Positions 54,479 to 64,000 of a stretch of 64,000 bases of DNA are shown piece after piece. Both the position numbers and the translations under genes were made by a program. The notes beneath the pieces are model-generated. The model made no database searches. It was not told the origin of the DNA and saw nothing but the letters and a program-made list of their open reading frames with translations. Source of the DNA: Eledone cirrhosa (lineage: Eukaryota); NCBI GenBank assembly GCA_964016885.1, contig OZ024740.1, positions 284,270,001 to 284,334,000 on the forward strand. The letters are read 5' to 3'. Within the stretch, counting starts at the first letter, position 1; every line of letters begins with the position of its first letter.

Positions 54479-56624
54479 TAACCTTCTTTCCAATTTCTTA
54501 CCTATGAACACCAGTGAGTAAAATGTAGTGTGGATCATATATTATACAAGCCAATTCAACAAGAAACGCTAATAATGTCTCATAGATTGAGCTTCAACCA
54601 TTTTCTTGAATATAAAACAAATTCCACAATTATTATTTGAAAAAAATTAGATCAATTCACAATTATTAGATTACAAAGAACTACAAATATCTTTATCGAA
54701 GTTATTTCAAGGAGAAAAAAATTAAAATTAATTCTTTTTTAACTAATTTTACTAGTTTTACACTATATTTTATTTCCTTTTTATGTGTAACCCATCTAAA
54801 TATGATTGTAAGCAGATAAACAATTTAAATACAACTTAGAATTTGTAATGTTGAAATTGTAGTGGAACTATGTCGCACCTCGCAATAGCAACATTTTCAT
54901 ATGCAATAAGGTCAAAATGACCAATGGGAAGTTGCGTATGAATACATGGTCAATCTCACTCTCGTTCTCTGGTGAAAAACCTCAGACAGCACTTGAGAGA
55001 CCAGACAGACAGAGCCGACCAGGAGATGATACGGATGCATGAAGAATTATTATAAAATGACTCCTAAATTCCTTTCAACAAATAAAATTATATTTATAGA
55101 GGATTGAGCGTTAAAGAGATATTTAAATATATCCTGGAAGTCAGAAGCATGTTACTACCAATGAGAAGCTACCAACTCTTCGATTAAGGTATTTCACTTA
55201 TATCGCTTATAAAAACAAGATCCTTCGAAGACTGATAACATGCAATTATAAAAAGATATAGATAAAATTTAACCCCTTATTCTATCTATAAAATAATAAA
55301 ATTTCAATTCTGAATTGGAATTAAACAAAAGCTAAAGTTCAGTGCTGTAAGCCATTCTAGTAAGATAACTATTTTGTTTCAACTGTTTTACAATTTGCAT
55401 AACTTGTTCAGTTCTGTTTTGTTGACAGCAAGATCAGACAGGTGAGAGATTAAAAAGTCCCTAAACCTGATGGAAGAATGTTTCTGGTGTTCATATACAA
55501 AATAAAGCACTACTAGACATCATATTAAACTGATAACAGAATAAAAAAACATTCAAGACTGGAAAGAGATCCTTTCATGTGCTGACATTCCTGGTCATAA
55601 AATACACCTAGTCCTCTCCATCACATCAATTAGCAACAGAAAGGGTAACAAGCCATTAAAAATCCAGACTAATGAAAGAAATGTAATGCAGATCAACTCA
55701 AATCATCATTATCGAAAACATGGCAGTGGTGGTGGTATTAGTAGTAGTTCTAATTGAGTCACTAGAATATGTGTTCATGTCAGGAATCGCAAGTAAGTCA
55801 TCCAGATAGAGCTCATTCTTAAAATATATTTTCATGGCAGGATTTTAACAGACTAATACAGCATCCTAGCTTACCTATTTACTGCTAAGTGAACTGAACC
55901 AGTAACAGATGTCTTGGCAGTGTGAGTGAGTGATGGGATTCTGAAGCATTGATTCTTCAACCTGTAGACTGACACTATATTGAATCAGTTAGCTTTGACA
56001 CCATTTTAAAACCTACAAACTAATTAAAGGTCACAAAAATAATAATACCTTAGCAAGGATTGAAGAAATCAGCTTTGTCATTTTGTTTCTTTATTTTGTG
56101 TGTGTGATTTGGTTATGTGTAGCAGTGTGTGAGGAGGAGAATTTAACTTCAACACAGCAAACTGATCTTGATGGCAAATCAATGAAATAACTATCATCAT
56201 CATCAATCATCCTTAAAGGAGGCTATAATGTGATATCGTATTTCTAAGATGTGATGTTGCATCCACAACTAAATTGATGAGTTGGAACCATTTCTTTTAC
56301 ATTAAAAAAGCATGAATGTCACAACTTCCCATTTACCTCCTTAAATATCTTAGGCTTTGTACTTAGATATCTTCTCCTTATTTTTATTACAATGGCAGAA
56401 ACAATGATGTAGTGAAAAATTCTCATGACACTGTTCCAACAACCAGTTTATGATTTCCAGTTGACATCGTTTCATTTCACTTAGGTCTTTAAAGGCACAG
56501 ACAATGAAAAATATTTCTCTTACACTACAAATTCTCAGAGTGCACATCCATGAAAGAAAAGAAAATGATAAAGTTGCATAATGATACTAGCATAAACAAA
56601 AAGTGGAGCAAACTATAATGTGTT

Positions 56625-57380
56625 CTCTGATGCTCACTTGATAGGTTTGATGCTAAGTGCTGCATGGCTGGAATGAAAATCAGTGCTGTGAAGATTCAGA
56701 TACTTGCCCTCTCAAGGAAGCCTGCACAGTGCACTATCCATGTGAATGGAGTTCCACAGAAGCAAGTGGAGAAGTTCAAGCATCTCAGGGCCATGTTCAC
56801 GAATGATGGAAGGCAAGACACTAAATTAAGTGCAAGAATTGGAGGAGATGGTACAATAATGTGCCAGCTTCAGCATTCAATAATCACAAGTAGGGGTAAA
56901 AGCCAAACTTGCTATCTTCAATTTGGTATTCATGCCAACCCTTACCTATGGTCATGAATCTTGAGTAATGAGCAAAAGAATACAATCATGAATACAAGCA
57001 GCCAAAATGGGATTCCTCCGAAGGGTCTTTGGAGTAACATTACTCAATAAAGTGCGTAGCACAGAGATCAGAGAGTCACTCCAGGTTTAGCCACTACTTC
57101 TCTGAATTGAGAAATCACAGCTCTGATATTCCATGCATGTTGTTAGAATGTCTCAGGGAAAGAATTGCTGGACAGATTTTATGGGCAAAACCAACCAGCA
57201 GGAGACCCAAGGGCAGACCCTGAGTAAGGTAGCTGGATAAAACCTATGAGCTCAGCTGGTCCTGCTTGGATCTAACTGGATCAATTGAAGATGGTTGTTT
57301 CTGACAGAATCTGCTGGAAGGAGTATTTGTGGACTCTGCTCCCACCACGACCCTCTCAGGAATAAGTGGGTGAAGAAGGT
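56625..57380 (+). mobile_element. degraded RTE LINE 3' part
   Basis: AGMKISAVK, QVEKFKHL, LTYGHES, RRPKGRP; same family as 44165-45360. Confidence 0.78.
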
Positions 57381-57489
57381 GTCATACGCTTTATAATTTA
57401 ATTCAAGATCATCTTTCACCATCATCATTTTTATGTCCATTTTCCATGCTACCATAGGTTATTTGGTGTTATTATTTGTCTTAAATAAA

Positions 57490-57930
57490 TTGGGTGGATT
57501 GGCAGTATCGGTAGAGGGTCGGACGCCATGCTTTCCAGCATAGTTACGTCCCTTTACGATCTGAGTTCAAATCCCACCGAGGTTGACTTTGCCTTTCATC
57601 CTTACGGGGTCGATAAAATAAAGTACCAGTAATGCATTGGGTAATTGCTGGCCTTGTGCCTAAAGTAGAAACAATTATTTGTCTTAAATAAAGTACCAGT
57701 AATACACTGGGTAATTGCTGCTAAAAGTAGAAACAATTATTTGTCTTACTCCATCATGCTTTGCAGCATAGAGTTTCGGCCCTTTACAGCCTGAGTTCAA
57801 ATCCCGCCGAGGTTAACTTTGCCTTTTATCCTTATAGGGTTGTTAAAATAAAGTAACATACTGGAATCGATTTAATCAACTTTCCCTCTCCCCAAATTAC
57901 TGGCCTTGTGCCTATACTAGAAATCATTAT
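57490..57930 (+). mobile_element. stack of three Nin-SINE pieces
   Basis: Full short copy, 3' stub and 5'-truncated long copy, separated by TTATTTGTCTTA. Confidence 0.8.
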
Positions 57931-59592
57931 TTTCTTACTCACATGTTCCACATGGGGTATGGTTTCTAGGGCTGGATGCTCTTCCCAACACTACTTTATA
58001 GAGTACATTGGGTGCATTTTCTCATGGAACCAACACTAGAGAGGTTATTATACCCTCAACACTGAAAGATCTTCACAGCCCTTAGCTGTCTCGATTTGGT
58101 TGTTTAACACTTTACAGAATGCACTGGTTGCATTTTATCAGGGTACCAATATTAGAGAGATTGTCTTGAATCTTGTAAGTCTAAGAGTTCTCACTACTGA
58201 AAATTGTCTCCTGTCATTTAACGGAATGTAGCCAAGAAGGTGGCTTTGAAGAGAGTATGACAAGAGAATCAGTGTGAGTGATGGGTGTGAGATTATGAAT
58301 AGGAGAGACAGTGTTTGAGAGTGTGAGAGGTGGGGGAGGGTCGAGTAATGGAAAAGACATTAATGGTAGGAGATAGTGGAAGATGGGAATGAGAGTGTGA
58401 CAGGAGAAAAGGAGTCTGGGAAGAGTTCATTAAGATAGTGCAGATGGCAGTGATTTATGCCAAGTACTATATGATATTAAGCTTGATTTTCTCATATTTT
58501 CAACTTAAAGTCTAGCCATTATTTTAGATTTGATAGAATAATTACCAATAAAATACTGTATGGAGATTAGTTACGTAAGTTTTATCCTTTCCTACACAAA
58601 GAATTAGTTGAAACTATTATTGCTATTAATCAGAATAATGATATGGCTAGCTAGATGATTGGGAATAAGAATTGCTCATATACATTCAAAATTACAAAGT
58701 GAATAGGCTCCTGTCATTTTCAACATATTTTCTCTGTGTACATGTTAAATTATGCTACCGAAAATATAAATTACTGATGGCTCAGTTTTTGACATGAAGT
58801 AACACAAAATCAAAATAACAGTTGTCAAAATAATTTCATATCAATGTTTCTAATGCAGAGAAGTATGTGATAAAAGATGAATCATTTCATTATTGATCTC
58901 CTTGTAGAGACAGTTAAATACATACACACGTGTGTGTGTGTGTGTGTGGGGGGGGGGGGTTATATATATATTTGTTTATCAATTATCCTACAGAAAATAG
59001 AAATACTATTTACATTGACATTATCAAATACAGTGTGAAGAATAATAGATATTGAAAGTATGAGGTTGAAAAATATGCATGAATTCAAATGATTCAGCAG
59101 TGTGATTCCTAATAACAAGTTATTTGACAAAGAAACTTTATACTGAATCAACAGTTGGTTTATTACATAGAATAGCAACCAGAATAGTGTTGATAACATT
59201 CTGCTATCCACCAATATTGAAATATATAGAGCATCTCTCCAATGAGGATTATATATCATTCTGGGTCCTAAAAGGAAGTAAATAAGCTTGAATAATTAAT
59301 TTCTCATTAGCTTGCTAAGATCAATAAAGGGAATACAAACAACGATGTTTTAAATTGTGAAATTACCAATGTAAGTCTATACATTTGGTAATAAACGAAC
59401 AAATAAGGGAATTTTTTCATGGTCACTTAACATACTTGTAATAACCATTAAATCTCCAACAAATCTCACTCGATCATAATAAAAAAAAAAAAGAAGAAGA
59501 CTGTGCATGAACAAAAAGATACAACTAAACCCCTTTGGTTATAGGTCTGCTGGTAGAAAGCTGACCTGAGTTTAAAAAGCAACTTGTATTAA

Positions 59593-59819
59593 CCCTTTAG
59601 CATTTACATGACTCTATATTTACTATTATATTTTTGTGGTAAAGGCTTTATCTTACATAATTATCTCACATAAAATTGAATCTATGAGATTTTGATGTTA
59701 TTTATTTTGAGAACAAAAGCTTAACATCAGTATGAGTGGCTGGTTATGGATGATTTGAACAGAAAGAGGTGGGAGAATGAGAATTCTAGCTGAATATGGC
59801 GAGTTTAAATGCTAAAGGG
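59593..59819. mobile_element. piggyBac-type MITE
   Basis: TTAA|CCCTTTAGCATTTA ... TAAATGCTAAAGGG|TAAA. Confidence 0.85.
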
Positions 59820-60660
59820 TAAAAGTCCTGATGATAAAATCTCACCTTTGATGTGTTAAATTATGTAATTAGAATAAAGAAAACTATGGTATACTAACAC
59901 AAAGTCTAAATGCTGAAATAAATAACAAAATAAAGTGGTTAAACAAGAAATTGGCTTAGAAATAAGCTTCTTGAAGATGATTTACATGACTATTGACCTC
60001 AATGAACTAAAGTTGTCCACTGACAACAAACTTATCACTCTGCCATTCAAAAATAACACTTTAAGTGTTTCCTGAAAACATAAAATAATTTAAATAAATC
60101 ATTACCTGTTTTCCATAAGCATCTAAAATACACAAACACATACATCATCATAATCATCATCAATTTACAACAGTGTTTCAATCTTGGCATGAGTTGGGCA
60201 GGTTGTTATGGAGTAATTCAGTACATAAACGGAGCTACTGTCCTCATATATAGATAGGAGCACCACATCTCCCTCAATACATTCCATTTTAGTATGGTTT
60301 CTATGACCTTCTTAATGCCAACATTTTGCTATTCAGTTTTTCTCTCAACTCATCTGTACTCTGTATTTTATGTGCATCCAGTGGAGCATGCTCAGCTCAT
60401 TTCTTTATAACCCCTGCAGATCTTCTGCATTTAAGGCTCATGCCTCATTACCATGCAGCATTGCAGTTTCTATGCAAGCACCATATAGTCAATATATATT
60501 GAGAAAAACCTTTTGTTGCTAACAGAAGCAATAAAAGGTCAGCTAGTTCAGTTAATAAAACACACACACACACATGTATGTATGTATGTATGTATGTATG
60601 TATGTATGTATGTATGTATGTATGTATGTATGTATGTATGTATGTATGTATGTATGTATC

Positions 60661-61264
60661 AGGTCACCAGTTGGTACTACTGGTAACATGTATCCCAGTA
60701 CAACCTATCTCATGGTCGGGTCGTTGGCAACTAAACTGGCAACCTCACCAAGGTTTCTTGGTGAGGAGGATGACTTTGGACATCCTGCAGGACTAAAAAC
60801 AAAACCTGTCAAAGGGCAAAGGAGCTCTTAAGAGTCACTGGCCATCCAAAATCACCGGGAGAGATGACCCCTTAGCCTTTGTCAAGGCAGAATTCTAGGA
60901 GAAGGAAAACTCTGATATAACACCTGCAACCCTGATGGTATCCAATGATGTTGACTTGTTCTTCTTTTTGGTAAATATCATCTTAGTTAAGAGAGTGGGA
61001 CTGGCTTTGTGCAGTGCCTTTGCTCACTATAAAAGCTTCACGGCACAGGCATTGCTTCACATCTGGAGATCTCTACACATGTCGTCACATGGTACCATGG
61101 GCCCAGCACTATGTGTCAATAATTGTCACAAGTGTAGTGTTTGTACCAGAGTTTTCAAGTCGCTGGCTGGACTAAAAAGTCACACTCGTTCAGCACATCG
61201 GTAGGGGTTCTCCTACATCGATATAAAGTAGTGGCCGTACTCGAAAACGAGTTGGCAGCCACCA
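60661..61264 (+). mobile_element. bipartite non-autonomous RTE(-BovB-like) element in a (TATG)n array
   Basis: RTE 5' UTR motif CTAGGAGAAGGAAAACTCTGA joined to the ORF end (C2H2 finger CSVCTRVFKSLAGLKSHTRSAH*), hairpin ACTCG-AAAA-CGAGT and (ATGT)n tail. Confidence 0.7.
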
Positions 61265-61864
61265 TGTATGTATGTATGTATGTATGTATATATATGTGTA
61301 TATATATATCATCATTTTCCATCCTTTTTTTTTCCATTCTTGCATGAGTTGAATGGGTCTTCTTCAACACGGCCTGCCTCAAATGTGAAGTTGAGCATTT
61401 TTAAAACACCTCTCACCACTTCTGTCCAAGACTTCCACTACTAAGATCTCTTGGCACTTTTTTCCTCACCAATTATTATCCATACATTCCACATAACCAT
61501 AGAAACTACCTTCTCTCTTGCACACTACATCTGATTCCTTTTATACCCAGTTTTTCTCTAAGCTCACCAGTACTTCTTCATCCATACATGTCAATATTAC
61601 ACACTCACTGGAGCATGCTCATTTCATTTCTTTCCAGCGATTGCATGTCCTCTTCATTCACCATCCATCATCATCATTTTACGTCCGCTTTCCCCTGCTT
61701 GCAAGGGAGGGACGGGAACTGATTCTGGCTTGATTTCTACAGCTGGATGCCCTTCCTAACACCAACCTCATTTACAGTGAGTGCTGGGTGCTTTTTTTGC
61801 CGTGGCACCTCCACGACCACTTTGCAGTGGAATGATATGGGATATGGACCCCAGTCCCTATCAT

Positions 61865-62005
61865 CTCATTTCTACAGCTGAGTAAACTGGAGCAATGTGA
61901 AATAAAGTGTCTTGTTCAAGGAAACAACACATCACCCGGTCTGAGAATTGAACTCACAATCTTTCGATTGCCAGGTCAATGCTCTAACCACTAAGCCATG
62001 TGCCT

Positions 62006-62008
<3 letters not shown>
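61865..62008 (-). mobile_element. tRNA-derived SINE (third family)
   Basis: A box TGGCTTAGTGG, B-box-like GAGTTCAATTC, core CCTTGAACAAGACACTT. Confidence 0.65.
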
Positions 62009-62073
<65 letters not shown>

Positions 62074-62075
62074 CT

Positions 62076-62374
62076 CACACACTTACACCTCTCCAAGACA
62101 ATGTCACTGGACCGAGACCTTTGGCGGTACTCAGTAACAGAGAAGACCCGCCTTACCTAAATACATAGTAAAACCTACTACAGCCAGTAGGCATCTCTAA
62201 CAAAATACACCCCGTGTAGGAAGGGTGTTAGGAAGGGCATCCAGCTGTAGAAAATCCGCCAGACAGTCCTATGCGAGCAAGACAACCACTCTTGCCTCAA
62301 GTGGGAATACCCCCCGTCCAAACCCATGCAAGCGTGGAACACGGACGTTAAACATTGATGATGATGATGATGAT
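62076..62374 (+). mobile_element. RTE LINE 3' fragment
   Basis: LHLSKTMSLDRDLWRYSVTEKTRLT*, 3' UTR, (GAT)n tail. Confidence 0.8.
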
Positions 62375-62387
62375 ATATATATATATA

Positions 62388-62637
62388 AAGAAAGTGTGGA
62401 AAGAAACCAGGTGGACCATAATGCACCAGGGTACTCAATACTTAGGGTAGAAGAGTGGGTAATAGGAAAAGAGTCAGGATCCCGACAGCTAAGCATCAGC
62501 TGTTTTGACATCTAGATCCGAGCTAAGCCAGCCGTATCCTGGCATGAGTCAGGCAGGTTGTTATGTTATACTGCTGCCTTAGTTCGGCTCTAGCTGTCGA
62601 ACGGCCAGAGCTCAGCCATCGGGGTCTTGACTCTTTT

Positions 62638-62641
<4 letters not shown>
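62388..62641. mobile_element. fold-back element (70-bp arms) with a 75-bp one-sided tail, between (TA)n runs
   Basis: TAGGAAAAGAGTCAGGATCCCGA.. (62463) versus ..TCGGGGTCTTGACTCTTTTCCTA (62641). Confidence 0.75.
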
Positions 62642-62673
<32 letters not shown>

Positions 62674-63628
62674 TATTTCAGTCAATTAAGGTAGGACTTA
62701 TAACCCTATTAGAACTCAATGCAGTATAGATATGAATATCTTATCTAAGCAAAGCGAAATTTATTTTTGTGGAAAAGTTGTATCACTGAGTATTCAAAAA
62801 CTACAGTCAGATATATAAAGTTGAACAATGAAAACAAATATGACAATGTTTAGTAGTTAATTAATCCATTATTTTATGATCGTTTCAAAGAGCAAAATAA
62901 ACTGAGATTTCACTGTTATGCAACTCCATAGTATTAGCCTTGACAAAATACAACCATACTGATGTTCATCTACAGACTGTTTTTGATATAATCATGAAAT
63001 CTTAGTTTATTTTGCCCTTTGAAATGATTGTAAAACCATGGATTAATTATGTACTAAACCATGCCATTGTTCAACCGTACATATATATACACACACACTC
63101 ACACATATATATATAAACTAAAATGTAAAGGGAGCCTAGTCAGTTTTTACAATGAATATTCCAATTATTTGATCAATCAACCAACCTACACATTGTAAAT
63201 GGCTGAGTATTCCATAGGCACATGAACACTTGACATATACCTCAGAGAGAATCAGCAAGACGCATGGCATGGCTAGTCCTTTAAATTATAGGGTCAGTCA
63301 ATTTGACAGGCTTCCACACGTTCTCTCAACTAGATATCTATCACTCACAAGGCTTGGGTCAACCCAAATGTATGGTTAAAGATACTTGCCCAATAAGCCA
63401 TGCAGTGAGATCTCATGATTGTGAAGGTCTCATCTTAACCACTCATCAATGCTTATATCAGACAGATATATCATAGAATATCACTACTCGTTTCATACTT
63501 TTGTCACTTCATCTGTGAGGCCCAGCATTCTAATCCCAATGCGATCTGGGAAATGGTTTTGCTAAACACAACACTAAAAAGGACACAAAAATTTCAAAGA
63601 AGTAGTTATACATCCAACACTTCCTCAA

Positions 63629-63879
63629 CCCTTTAGCATTTACTTACTCTATATTTACTATTATATTTTCATTTTAAAGGCTTTACCTCACATAATATCG
63701 AATCTATGAGATTTTGATATTATTTATTTCGAGAACAATACCTTAACATCAGTATGATCAGCCGGTTACAGCTGGTTTGATCAGAAAGCAGTGAGAGAAT
63801 TCTTGCCTGATGCAGCTGGTTTGAACAGAAAGAGGTGAGAGAATTCTGGTCGAATACAGCCAGTTTAAATGCTAAATGG
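63629..63879. mobile_element. piggyBac-type MITE with internal ~45-bp duplication
   Basis: TCAA|CCCTTTAGCATTTA ... TAAATGCTAAATGG|TTAA. Confidence 0.82.
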
Positions 63880-64000
63880 TTAACATTGCTTTTGATCATA
63901 AGAAAGCTTCTTTTTTTATATATATATACTATTGTATATATAATGTAAACATTCAAACCAACCTCTCACCAAAATACATAATGTCATCTTATTTTCTTTT

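Noticed and set aside
54930-55055. Short frame VKNLRQHLRDQTDRADQEMIRMHEELL*
   Set aside because: No clear splice sites or recognisable homology.

Overview
AT-rich, repeat-dominated eukaryotic genomic DNA. The repeat content (Nin-domain tRNA SINEs, RTE LINEs with (GAT)n tails, huge TA/TACA microsatellites) resembles an octopus or other coleoid cephalopod; this is an inference, not a database match. No host protein-coding gene can be supported; the very long Tyr/Ile/Met/Cys ORFs are microsatellite translations. The window is a nested transposon graveyard. Non-LTR retroelements: a near-full-length RTE LINE, a full-length GC-rich CRE element with an N-terminal PHD finger, L1/Tx1 and R4/Dong fragments, further RTE fragments (one 5'-inverted), a bipartite non-autonomous RTE and many SINEs. 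DNA transposons: three mariner relics, a Chapaev3 element with intact ends and seven piggyBac-type MITEs. Also three Penelope-like elements (PLEs). The most interesting signal is a (TA)n-associated retroelement ecosystem. It includes five hammerhead-ribozyme motifs, one a U3-A8 core variant in a 280-bp ORF-less element. It also includes three unrelated short elements with the same 'tail + fold-back/inversion joined to (TA)n at an internal TA' architecture. All calls were made by eye; no searches were run.
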